A stretch of DNA of 63,191 nucleotides, the filler included, from Octopus bimaculoides (taxonomy: Eukaryota): NCBI RefSeq assembly GCF_001194135.2. It is 6 parts of 6 records of this genome, joined end to end, with 100 filler letters (N's around TTAATTAATTAA, not from the genome) between each part and the next. Parts side by side here need not be neighbours in the genome. Positions count along the whole stretch, not along the records: positions 1 to 22,009 come from NC_068998.1; 5 more parts are not named here. The stretch is one strand, 5' to 3'. The translations under genes and the position numbers were made by a program. The first letter of the stretch is position 1. Each line of letters opens with the position of its first letter. Positions 1 through 11,334 of this stretch are shown here, piece by piece. The notes under the pieces were generated by a model, which was not told the origin of the DNA, ran no database searches, and saw nothing but the letters and a program-made list of their open reading frames with translations.

Positions 1-29
<29 letters not shown>

Positions 30-34
<5 letters not shown>

Positions 35-360
35 AGAATTCACAAAGAAAAACAAAAGACGAAGACAGGTGGTGTAGACAACAAACAAATGTTTTAGTTT
101 AACGCTCAGGAAGTGAAAAAGTCTTTAATGTTTCGAGCCTACGCTCTTCCACAGAAAGGAACACAAAAATAAACAGGGAGAGAAAATAAAGAATGTGTAG
201 TGGCTAGTGATCTATCATGGCAAATGCCAAACAGAGTAGTCACACAGGAAAGCTAGGAAGAAGGGGAAGCGTGTATAAGTATTTATACACAGAAAGGTGA
301 CCCTTGAAGGATGCCTTACATACTAGAAAGGGCAGCCAAACCCAAACCACAAAAAAAATA
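30..360 (-). mobile_element. PLE-type 3' tail repeat carrying a hammerhead-like motif
   Basis: Minus strand reads CTTT-CTGTGGA-A-GAGC-GTAG-GCTC-GAAAC-ATT-AAAG at about 125-160 and is fused to a GIY-YIG fragment (360-620). Family assignment is inference. Confidence 0.5.
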
Positions 361-361
361 T

Positions 362-620
362 CTGACCTAGAGTTCAATAGAGAGTTAGGGATCTTAGATC
401 TGAACAGGATCTACGCTTTTTCAGCTAAACAAAGCCTTTGTGCCATTCACATAAGGTATGGATTTCTCAATTACTTTCCATTTAATCACATGCGGTGTTT
501 CGTTATCTTTCAAAGTCCCACGTAGCTTGCCAGCTTAGTAGCTTTACTTTTGACCCTTGTTGGAAGGAGGCTATGTAATTTCCATAGCGATTTTTAAATT
601 CACATTCACATAATCTTATG
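362..620 (-). mobile_element. Inverted partial copy of the GIY-YIG endonuclease region of the adjacent PLE
   Basis: The reverse complement aligns by eye (roughly 80% identity) to 1495-1757 on +, e.g. GATCCTGTTCAGATCTAAGATCCYTAACTCTCTATTGA is shared. Confidence 0.9.
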
Positions 621-649
621 GGTTCATTTATATTAAACACATTGAAATA

Positions 650-2100
650 TATATACTCATCTCATGACGTTGGCCTGTAACGTAACGACGGTTTGAGTAT
701 TTCCAATGAGTGTCGTGGTCACACCCCTGATAAATTTAGAAAGCAACTCATTTCTACCTTTAATCAATTAGGACTTTAAAAAATTACAATATCTACTAAT
801 CTCTCTCTAGTTGATTATTTAAATGTTTCTCTATATCTAAACTCCTCCTTGTATAAGCCTTTCCATAAACCTAATGAGAAACTCGCATATATACATAAAT
901 AGTATTGTCACCCTCCTGTAATATTTAAAAACCTGATAGCTAATATTGGTAACAGAGTGTCTAACTTTTCTTCTTCCGAAGAAATTTATGAGAAAGCTTC
1001 CCCCTATTATAACAATGCTCTAGCCAATAGTGGCTTCAAAGTTAATTTCTGTAATAATAATCAAAATATTAATAATAGATCTCGTGGCATCAAAGATAAA
1101 GTAATACATAACCCCATTAATATTAATCAGAATGATTATAAGAAACCTAAAAATAGGCCAAGGAAATTTATTTGGTTTGCTCCTCCATTTTCCCAAAATA
1201 TAAATACTAACATTGGTAAAAGATTCCTGTCTCTCCTAGAAAAACACTTTCCAACAACTCACAAATACAGGAAAATATTTAATAGGCGTTCTGTGAAATT
1301 ATCACATAGCTTCTGCCTAAATATGAAGAGTATCATTACACATGGTCAATACCAAAAGCCTAATTCCAGTTGTAACTGTTGCGACCCAGGATCCTGTCCA
1401 CTTGACCAACGATGTATGATTAAATCTCTCATATTTGAGACAGAAGTTACTGCAACCCTAAATAATAATACAACTGATAAGAAGACCTATATTGGATTAT
1501 GTGAAGGTGAATGTAAAAATCGCTATGCCAATTACATCGCCTCCTTCTGACATAGGGACAAAAGTAAAGCTGCTAAGTTGGTTAGCTACGTACGGTCTTT
1601 GAAAGATAATGAAACACCACATGTGATTAAATGGAAAGTAATTGATAAATCATTACCTTGTGTATATGGATTGAATAAATGTAGGCTTTGTTTAACTGAG
1701 AAAGTGCAGATCCTGTTCAGATCTAAGATCCTTAACTCTCTATTGACCTCTAGGCTGCATGCATATGTATAAATATATTTCGAAGAATTGGAAAATTCCG
1801 TCTATTCCTGACTGACTTAACATCTTTCCAACCTTATCATTTAAGGTCTAAGGAGGGTAGCTTTTTTTACCTTTTTACTTTTTATTTTTTGCATTTTAGT
1901 TTTTGTGTTTTTATTTTCCGTCTTTTGCTTTCTGCGTTTTCTATATGCTGCCTTCTCAGGTTTTCTCGTTTCTTCTATTATCCAATTTTTTTTTTAGTTC
2001 GTTATGATATGTGGTTTGTGTCCAAAGAATGTTTGAGTATTTCACAACATATGAAACTATTAGTAACGGTTAAATACATGTATTGTGTTCTTTGAATAAA
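650..2100 (+). mobile_element. Penelope-like element remnant (RT thumb plus GIY-YIG endonuclease), disrupted
   Basis: About 810-915 translates VDYLNVSLYLNSSLYKPFHKPNEKLAYIH, a PLE RT C-terminal motif. ORF 957-1550 has IWFAPPFS, KHFP, KIFNR, CNC..CPLDQRC and YIG...KNRY. ORF 1578-1772 continues IKWKVI..CRLCLTEK. Premature TGA at 1548-1550. Confidence 0.9.
2018..2067 (+). ncRNA. Degenerate minimal hammerhead ribozyme motif in the PLE 3' region
   Basis: GT-CCAAAGA-ATGTT..AACAT-AT-GAAAC-T-ATT-AGT-A-AC. Stems II and III are recognisable but the CUGANGA core is mutated. The position downstream of the EN ORF fits known PLE pLTR ribozymes. Confidence 0.35.
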
Positions 2101-2406
2101 TAATATTTATCACTCACCAGATGGAGTACTGTTTTTGTTGAGCTTTCTATCGCAGAATAGTATATTATATATATATATATATANNNNNNNNNNNNNNNNN
2201 NNNNNNNNNNNNNNNNNNNNNNNNNNNNNNNNNNNNNNNNNNNNNNNNNNNNNNNNNNNNNNNNNNNNNNNNNNNNNNNNNNNNNNNNNNNNNNNNNNNN
2301 NNNNNNNNNNNNNNNNNNNNNNNNNNNNNNNNNNNNNNNNNNNNNNNNNNNNNNNNNNNNNNNNNNNNNNNNNNNNNNNNNNNNNNNNNNNNNNNNNNNN
2401 NNNNNN

Positions 2407-2453
<47 letters not shown>

Positions 2454-2574
2454 TCAGTTAGGGTACCACCTAGCCTTAATATTAATTGTAGTAATTATAA
2501 TCCCACCTTAACACCTAATTTGCAAAGGAGAGCTAGTAGAAATTCTTTTAACTATGAGTACCAAATACAAGTGA

Positions 2575-2997
2575 ATAAATGCCTGTATAGTTGTCTAAAC
2601 AAAACTGTATACCCTTTAGAAAAGCAGTGTTTAAAGGAAAATATATCAGTGTAAGGTAATAACTGAAGATCGTAAGTATTATTATATCGCTTCGTCTGCT
2701 ACAATTTGGAAATCTAAATTTCATAATCATTCTCATTCATTTAAGTATAGAAAAAGTAATTCTGAAAATCTTCCTAAATGCATTTGGGATTTAAAAGAGA
2801 ACATTAAGTATGATTTTAACTCGTCTACTATTAGTTATGCACCATCGTACAATATTGGTAATTCTACCTGTGATCTTTGCCTTGAGGAGATGTATTATAT
2901 AATTACTTCTAAACTAATTTTATTGAATTTTAATGGAAACTTTAGAATAAGATGTTGCCATAAATTTAGAAAGACATTAAAATATTTCAATTATTAA
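2575..2997 (+). mobile_element. Second PLE GIY-YIG endonuclease fragment (not in the ORF track)
   Basis: Manual translation from 2641: IYQCKVITEDRKYYYIASSATIWKSKFHNHSHSFKYRK...CIWDLKEN...YNIGNSTCDLCLEEMYYII...IRCCHKF. Upstream CLYSCLNKTVYPLEKQCLKEN lies in a shifted frame. Confidence 0.8.
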
Positions 2998-3269
2998 TTA
3001 TAAAAAATGTTCATGCATTATACAATAAGGTTATTTCTTATAGAAGGTTTAATATAATGAGTATCTAAGTTTCTATCAACCATAACGTAGAATTCTTACA
3101 TTTATATTTTATTCTTTAGTTATCCAGTGACGTCACCAATAGTTGTATACAAAAATAGCCTGTTTTTAAGATTATATTTCATCATTCACTGACATCACCA
3201 ATAGTTGAATTTCAAAAATGACTTTTTTAAAAATATGCTTGTTTTAGAGTAAAGATTATTTGGCAACAT

Positions 3270-3735
3270 AATGTGATTGTTCTGGAAAGGACGAATGTTA
3301 CTGTTATTTAGCCCCAGGAAATATCGTTTCCAGCTGGCTATCGACGCACTATCCTTATATTTTCAAACAAGGGAGTTCAGTGTCCCCACTCAGCTCTAAA
3401 GCAATATCTGTGTACCATTGGTTTCTGGCTTATTTCTCTTCATATGCCCAGAATAACTGCTCGGCTAGAGATGGTGACACTAAATTCTTGTTAGAAATAT
3501 ATATTTTTCAAAGTAACACACAGTCACTGATCTCATAAATAGAAAAATTATTATTTCTAAATCTCTGAACGAGAAGCATTCAGTAACAATACTCTAGGGT
3601 AAATATCATTTACCAACATAATGTGGCAGTCCTGGTTAGGATGAATGTTACTGTTATTTAGCCCAGGAAGCATCATCTCCAGCTGGCTATCAACACACTA
3701 TCTACGTCCTTATATTTTCGAACAAGGGAGTTTAT
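3270..3735 (+). repeat. Two nearby copies (about 3270-3380 and 3615-3735) of a 110-150 bp dispersed repeat; third copy on the minus strand at about 52820-52960
   Basis: Shared GAATGTTACTGTTATTTAGCCCCAGGA..TCTCCAGCTGGCTAT..GTCCTTATATTTTCGAAC. Confidence 0.75.
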
Positions 3736-3958
3736 TTTTTATTTTTATAAAACATATTCATTATCCAATGATGTCACCATTAGTTGAGTGAAGGAATGTC
3801 TTAGGCTGAATTTGATTTAGGCATTCTTATTTGTTAGCGTTTATCAACTGGTAAATATTTCAGACGTTCAATTTGAATTTGACTAATTTTGAATAGCCTT
3901 GATAACGTGTTAATATATATTTTCGAGGATATTAATATTTATTTTAATAATATTTTAC

Positions 3959-3992
<34 letters not shown>

Positions 3993-4200
3993 GTATGTAT
4001 ACATGTATATATGTGTCTGTGTGTGTGTATATTAATGCAATAAAAACAATTGCCATCTTATAAAGTGAGATATATCATTTTCTCTATAAGCATTTTTTGT
4101 TGTCAAATACTCTGAATTTCTCAAAATTCTGCAAAAGGATATTTGGATTTCTTGTCTTGCATGAGGATTTACCTGGGATATGTACCTGGGCCCATGCACA

Positions 4201-4201
<1 letters not shown>

Positions 4202-4273
<72 letters not shown>
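4202..4273. repeat. (CA)n microsatellite, representative of dozens of simple repeats in the window
   Basis: Direct sequence. Confidence 0.99.
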
Positions 4274-4276
<3 letters not shown>

Positions 4277-4473
4277 GTATTTGTCCAGCTTTGGAAATGC
4301 TAGCATCCATATTCCCTCACCATGGATTAATATCAAGCCACTCTCTCTGGACTTACCTTATGAATATCCATTTAAACTGGATTTAATTGGATTTCTCCTT
4401 TCTTGACATAATGAACCGCAGCAACTATCATTTATGAGGAACTTTCTTCCACTATTACATATGTTTAACTTAC

Positions 4474-4542
4474 TTCTCTCTTGATGGAATACTCAGCCTA
4501 TGGGATCTTTGCTCGACATGATAATCCAATAACTGGGAGATT
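4474..4542 (-). other. Candidate 69-nt exon of an unidentified gene
   Basis: Acceptor ttgctgtttctAG and donor GTAAGT. One frame is open: ISQLLDYHVEQRSHRLSIPSRE. No product recognised. Confidence 0.25.
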
Positions 4543-6447
4543 CTAGAAACAGCAATCAGAGATTATCTAAACCTTTTATAACATAGCTAAATTAAATGTC
4601 CATGTCAAGTCTTGCCAAGCTATTTGCCTTTTTATTTCTGCTTTAATCTATACCTACCAACTCAAGGGGGAGCCACTTCTAGCTACTTTAGAAAGGGCAG
4701 TCACAAAATCACATCTTCAACTGCAGTTCAACCTGGAACTTTAGTGGCACACCAATTTGAGCACTCAGAATACATACCTATAGGTTTGAGTCATCCTGAT
4801 GAAAATTCCTCATATCTTTTATACACACACACACACACACTATACAAATATGCATACATATGTAAATATGTACAGTGTATTATGAAGCACCAGTAGCAAT
4901 ACCTAGCCAGCATTTGAAATTAAACCCACTGCTTCACTCATCTGCATAAACAGTACAATTCAGAGTTGTTCTTTCAACTGAAAAGACAATTCGTGATTGT
5001 CGTTGAAAAATTAGATAAGCCCCCAGAAAAACCAATTGGTGACAGAATATTTTCATGGGCTCTGAGAAAATGGGGTTCGCTGAACTCTGACCCATTTGAA
5101 TATTAATGATTTATAAGTGGCCTAATATAAGTTGTTTTACATGAGAAATAGAAACAGACAATAGAGATTAGATAATTCAACTCGTTTTAGAGACAATTTC
5201 CCAAAACTGCCATAGGAGACTAGAGCCTGTACCACTAACTACTGACAATTCATGTAGACATCTCTTTTATTCTATTTTTATACTTTATGTTTTACTCTGT
5301 CTTAATCAAGCCATAGGAAACTACTGGATAACTTGGATTTTTGATGACTGTACTTATTTCCTCTTTCCTCTTACACACACATACACACACACACATTTAT
5401 GGAAATATATGTGTGAAATAACCTTCTCCCCTGTGAGTATTCACATTTTTCTGTTGCCCTGCACTCCACCCCCGCACATTGACTTTTGGAAGAAGTAACA
5501 ATGAATGTTTTTCATTGTTTCACGAATAAGCAATTTGATCTGCATACTTCATCACTATTTTTCTTGCTGTTATTGACTGAATAATTTTCTCCTAGTATTG
5601 GCACATCTTGGAATAAACCTATTGTGATACATATTTCATATTTCACTTTACTTTGATATGCCAAACATGTTTCCCTAAAAAATTTGATTTATCTTTACAA
5701 TGCCAAAAATAGCATGTACATTTATGAATGAATTCAAAGAAGATTATTGTGTTCTAAAAACATGCTTTGTGCCAACATAATAAAATGTGATCACTGTTTG
5801 GCAGAGTCCTGTGTGGTGCATGGAGGTATGTCAGATATTAAAAATCATTTGAAATCTCAAAAATGCAAAGCAAGTTTTGTTGCTATTTTGTCATGATTAG
5901 ATGCCTTTTTTTAAAAAAGTCAGAAATAATCAAATTGGATCTTCTTGTTGCTGTTAAAAAAACGTCACTTCTGCTTTTCATACCGTTTCTCATAAATTGA
6001 GTTTCAAGACATCTTACTTGTACATCAAAGTTGGTCTCAAAGCCTTCTGAGCCAAAATTTCATCTAGAAGCCATAATTTTGAATGCAATTGCACCAATGN
6101 NNNNNNNNNNNNNNNNNNNNNNNNNNNNNNNNNNNNNNNNNNNNNNNNNNNNNNNNNNNNNNNNNNNNNNNNNNNNNNNNNNNNNNNNNNNNNNNNNNNN
6201 NNNNNNNNNNNNNNNNNNNNNNNNNNNNNNNNNNNNNNNNNNNNNNNNNNNNNNNNNNNNNNNNNNNNNNNNNNNNNNNNNNNNNNNNNNNNNNNNNNNN
6301 NNNNNNNNNNNNNNNNNNNNNNNNNNNNNNNNNNNNNNNNNNNNNNNNNNNNNNNNNNNNNNNNNNNNNNNNNNNNNNNNNNNNNNNNNNNNNNNNNNNN
6401 NNNNNNNNNNNNNNNNNNNNNNNNNNNNNNNNNNNNNNNNNNNNNNA

Positions 6448-6625
6448 TGCTAGTGTGTTTACATCCCTGTAACTTAGCCGTTTGGCAAGAGAGACCAATA
6501 GAATAAGTACTAGGCTTACAAAGAATAAGTCCTGGGGTCGATTAGCTCGACTAAAAAGGCAGTGCTCCAGCATGGCCACAGTCAAATGACTGAAACAAAT
6601 AAAAGAGTAAAAGAGTAAAAGAGAT
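6448..6625 (+). mobile_element. tRNA-derived SINE (family A), 3' half after an assembly gap
   Basis: GTGTGTTTAC.TCCC.GTAACTTAGC..GGCTTACAAAGAATAAGTCCTGGGGTCG..CAGCATGGCCACAGTCAAATGACTGAAAC with a (AAAAGAGT)n tail, shared with many copies in the window. Confidence 0.85.
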
Positions 6626-7631
6626 GCTTTGAATCTAAAATATGTCAAAATTATAATTTTCATTATTCATTAATATATTCCTGGTCAGGAGATAAAAATT
6701 AAATTTTTGGATATGCACACTGTTCTAATCAAGGTTGCTGAGATCTTGTCTAATGTCTTCGTCTCAGTTATTGGCAATCACAGGTCGACAGAAAAAGCCA
6801 TCGGAGAAAACTGGAGAAAACTGCAACACAAATTTTGTTGGTATAAAATGAAAATGCAAAAACAAAATATTTAGCTGATTAAAAATCAAACATGAAAGGG
6901 ACTTTGTTGGCATTGGCTGTGCTATACATATTGTGCACAGCTGTTTCAAAACAGCTGTTAACCAGTTGATATTGTATGAACATTTTCAAATATTTTCACT
7001 TTTACACGTCTAAAAGAATTTTGTAATGTTGTGAGTGTAGAAAACAAAAAAGCTATTACAACTTGGTGGTACCAGATTTTTGTCAATGCTATCAGTGGTT
7101 GAAAGAATTTATAACATTTTTGCTGTTTACTTTTGTTCCCAAGAACACTGCATGCAACTGATTAAACAACTCTATGAAAATGATTTTGGGGAAATGTATT
7201 TATGGGTTGTACATGGACAGTTTAATCTTTTAAACAAATCAATTCTAACTGTGGAAAAGGATAATTTCAACACAACAGATATCAAAATAGAAATGCAAAA
7301 TCTATATACAAATATAGAAGAAAGAAAAAAAAAACCCCCAAAAGAAAGGCATTGATGAGAAAACTTGAAGAAAATAGCAAAAGCATTGTAAAAGCGAAGA
7401 AAAGATTCAAATTTTTATGAAAAATATCTCTCATACTTAAACCTCTGGAAAGAGAACTTTAAACTGGTGGAAGATTTTATGTGGTTAAATTCTGTAGACA
7501 CGTCTTATATTGGTTGAGCAGTCTGCAGCTAAAATCAACAAAGGGCTGGAAAAAAGTAATTATTTGATGAAGTTATAATTCGATGAGCTTTCGGGTTTTT
7601 GGACAAAAGTTTGGACAACACAGAATTTTAA

Positions 7632-7715
7632 GAGATGAGGTATATCAGCCAAAACGTATTAACAACAAACAAGATGAGGATAAATATCTGTCAAATGTAA
7701 ATAATATAAATAATG
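7632..7715 (+). mobile_element. 5'-truncated copy of the hammerhead-bearing SINE-like repeat
   Basis: GGTATATCAGCCAAAACGTATTAACAACAAACAAGATGAGGATAAATATCTGTCAAATGTAAATAAT matches the reverse complement of the 21.8 kb and 50.8 kb copies. Confidence 0.85.
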
Positions 7716-10197
7716 AACACAGAACTTGTATGAAAAAAAGTAGCAAATTAAAAAAATCTTAATGCAATGCTACAATGCAATTTTCGTCTTCAAGGTACTT
7801 CTCTACCGGATAAGCAAATATTTTCTGCATTAAATAACGTGTGATCAGATGAGAGGGGTAATATGACAAAAGATACAGCCAGGGTCCATCTGATGACCAA
7901 TAAACATTCCACTTAGCTGGCTCAGAATTTTTTTAACAACATTCAAAATGACAATGAATTTCTTAGAAAAGTGAAACATTTGAAGGTACTTATGATTGAA
8001 TAAAATATTACTTGACAATAAAAACACTAATATTAATTTATTTAATCTAACCATTCTCTGTTTAATCTAATCATTCTTCTATTTTAATATTTAAAATGCA
8101 TGTGCTTTCATGTAAAAAGTAGTTGCTTTCTACATCTGTTTCTGTTCACTGTTTTTCTATACCACTCAATCAGACCCTCAATCTTCTAAGTGATAGGTAC
8201 ATCATCTGTCTCACCAGCTAACATGTATTACTTAAGCACTTGTTAGGATCTGCTTTATATCAGAAGGAAACATGCAGTTAAATTAATATATTTGCTGTAA
8301 AAAATACCCAGACTTTTTATCCAGTGAATAGAGGGGATTCACTCTCCCTTAATATTCAATCCATAAGCTGTGCCTCCTCACTTTCACCTCTGAAAATTAT
8401 GGCAAACTTCTCCATTTTGCAAATAGAAGTCTAAGCAAATGTAAAGCGAATTAATTCATTTGAAAAAAGACAAAGAGGAATACAGAAAAGAGGAAGGAAA
8501 AGGAAGAGAAGCAAAGTGGGAGTTAATATAGAAGTTTAAGCGGTGGAGAGGAGAAAAGAAGGTGATGCAAGACTGAAGTGTGAGCAAAGTAGGGAGTTGT
8601 GACAGTACATTTGGGAAGGTTAGAAGGTCAAAAAAAGAATTTGCTGGAGGGAGAGAGAGAAGGAAAGCCATCAGCAAAGAGAGGGGGAGAGAGAAGAAAA
8701 GTACATGAAAACAAACAAGTATAAGAAAGTGAGTGAGATTAAGTTAAAGACTAATGAAATGAAAAGCAAACTATTGGTGAAATAATGTTGTGTGATTAGA
8801 AATATTAGACATTGAAAACTAAGATATGCAAATTTATGACTACTTATATAATAACATCTGAATTTAAAAAAAAAAAATTAAAACCAAGAGCAGTATATTT
8901 AAATAGATCAAAATGAAAGAACAACACACATCTACAAAATATTCATGACAACCTAAAAAGCTTCAGTGAAATCCAGCCATCATTATATGGAAATCCTAAT
9001 GTAAATTTATTAATCTTGTAAAATGTTGTTTAGTTATGTATAGTTATTAGAGTTGTCTTAGAATTACATATAGGCATGAGACAGTTCATGTATTTAAATC
9101 TATGGAACAACATAGCAGTTGGTACAATAACACTGAGAATAAATAAAAATAATGCTTGCAACAATGTATCAGTCTTTATTGACTCTTCATAAACTGGAAG
9201 CTATTAAAACACATTCAGTTCACCAAAATATTCACAAACATCTCCCAGTATAGCCAGCATAAAATTACACATGCCAAAGGATCTCTTCTTTTTACTGATG
9301 GCTTTCCTTCTGCGTTCTTTCCTTTCCTCTGTTTTATTTGAAAGGCTGTTTGGTTAAAAATACAAAGTCTTCAATAACCCTTTGACCTCCTAATCTTCCC
9401 AAATGTACAACTCCCTACTTTGCTCACACTTCAGTGGGTAGAGAAAAGTTGGATCATATTTAGATATTTGATGAGATTGGAGCTTGTGAATTGCTAGGTC
9501 TTCCCTTGTTTAACCCAGTTGATATACATCTAATTATTATAGACATATTCAGGATGATATACTTATGACTTCAAATACTTTATGAAGACATACAATTGAC
9601 TCCTTTGGAAAACAGGTTATATGAAAATTAAGATATTTTCAACCTGAAGGTGGCACTTAGTACACATATAATTATGGTAAGCTTCCTTAGCAATGTATTA
9701 TATCTAACTTTGGAATCATATGACCTTTCCAAAAATGCAAATAGCAACCTGTCCAATAAATATATAATATCAAACCATTCACTCATTATCCTCAAGCTTT
9801 ACTTTAAAAGTATAAGGGAGAGAAAACTTCTTTATTCTCGGGGGGAGCCAAATTGAAGTCTCACTGGGTACAAAAATGTGCCACTATCACCTAGATACTG
9901 CAATGAAAACATTAACTATTCACCAATAACAACTCATAAAACCTTTAAAAATACTAGCAATTAGCCAGAAATAAAGTCTCTCCAGTGAAGACAAGGTAAA
10001 GTTGACCTTCAGCTAAACATAGAAACTGTACCTGAGTCACCAGAGACCATAACAAAAGTTGATAGTATCAATACAATGTTTCATTCAATTGGTATTTGAA
10101 AAAGACTTAGAGCTCCATAAATCTATTTGGAATTAGGAAAGTGATGGAATAAGCAGATACACTACACTGGCTACCCAGGCAATGCATCAATATTTAG

Positions 10198-11070
10198 GTG
10201 CGGGTGACACACGAAATGTTTCGAGCGGGATCGTTGCCAGTGCCCCTGGACTGGTTCATGTGCGGGCGACACATGAAATCTTTCGAGCGGGATCGTTGCC
10301 TGTGCCCCTGGGCTGGCTCTTGTGCAGGTGACACATGAGGTTTTCGAGCGAGATCATTGCCTGTGCCCCTTGACTGGTTCATGTGCGGGCGACACATGAA
10401 ATCTTTCGAGCCTGATCATTGCCAGTGCCTCTGGACTGGCTCATGNNNNNNNNNNNNNNNNNNNNNNNNNNNNNNNNNNNNNNNNNNNNNNNNNNNNNNN
10501 NNNNNNNNNNNNNNNNNNNNNNNNNNNNNNNNNNNNNNNNNNNNNNNNNNNNNNNNNNNNNNNNNNNNNNNNNNNNNNNNNNNNNNNNNNNNNNNNNNNN
10601 NNNNNNNNNNNNNNNNNNNNNNNNNNNNNNNNNNNNNNNNNNNNNNNNNNNNNNNNNNNNNNNNNNNNNNNNNNNNNNNNNNNNNNNNNNNNNNNNNNNN
10701 NNNNNNNNNNNNNNNNNNNNNNNNNNNNNNNNNNNNNNNNNNNNNNNNNNNNNNNNNNNNNNNNNNNNNNNNNNNNNNNNNNNNNNNNNNNNNNNNNNNN
10801 NNNNNNNNNNNNNNNNNNNNNNNNNNNNNNNNNNNNNNNNNNNNNNNNNNNNNNNNNNNNNNNNNNNNNNNNNNNNNNNNNNNNNNNNNNNNNNNNNNNN
10901 NNNNNNNNNNNNGAATTGGCTCTTGTGTGAGGTTGTTGTAGGATTTTTGAGCGAGATCATTGCCGGTGCCCCTGGACTGGCTCTTGTGTGGGTGACACAT
11001 GAGGTTTCTCGAGCGAGATGAGCGTGGCCGCCTGACTGGCCTGACTGGCCTGACTGGCCTTCGTGTGGGT
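10198..11070. repeat. 61-62 bp tandem minisatellite spanning a gap
   Basis: Units start at 10198, 10260, 10322 and 10383. Approximate consensus GTGCGGGYGACACATGAAATCTTTCGAGCGRGATCRTTGCCWGTGCCCCTGGACTGGYTCWT. The array resumes after the gap at about 10915. Confidence 0.95.
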
Positions 11071-11074
11071 GACC

Positions 11075-11250
11075 CGTAAAAGCACCCACTACACTTTCTG
11101 AGTGGTTGGCGTTAGGAAGCGCATCCAGCTGTAGAAACTCTGCCAAATCAGATTGGAGCCTGGTGTAGCCATCTGGTTCACCAGTCCTCAGTCAAATCGT
11201 CCAACCCATGCTAGCATGGAAATCGGACGTTAAACGACGACGACGACGAT
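11075..11250 (+). mobile_element. Retroelement 3' tail (probably RTE-related) ending in a trinucleotide repeat
   Basis: ..GGTTGGCGTTAGGAAG..CATCCAGCTGTAGAAAC..CGTCCAACCCATGCTAGCATGGAAATCGGACGTTAAA(CGA)n. Clade assignment is inference. Confidence 0.55.
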
Positions 11251-11334
11251 CAAAGGATTGTGACTTCTCTGTTATAGAAAGTAATAATTGTAATTGTTTC
11301 TTCATTAGCCACAAGGGCATACAAAAATCAACAA

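Larger units (their letters stand above)
5700..8000 (+). mobile_element. hAT-superfamily transposase fossil interrupted by younger insertions
   Basis: Fragments in the correct order: C..C..VHGGMSDIKNHLKS (about 5790-5870), HLEAIILNAIAP (6060), GIGCAIHIVH (6910), LSVVERIYNIFAVYFCSQ (7080) and a hATC-like C-terminal piece at about 7830-7900. Many stops and frameshifts. Confidence 0.75.

Noticed and set aside
10198-10445. Regular repeats resembling a CRISPR array
   Set aside because: Units are contiguous with no unique spacers, the context is eukaryotic and there are no cas genes. This is a minisatellite.
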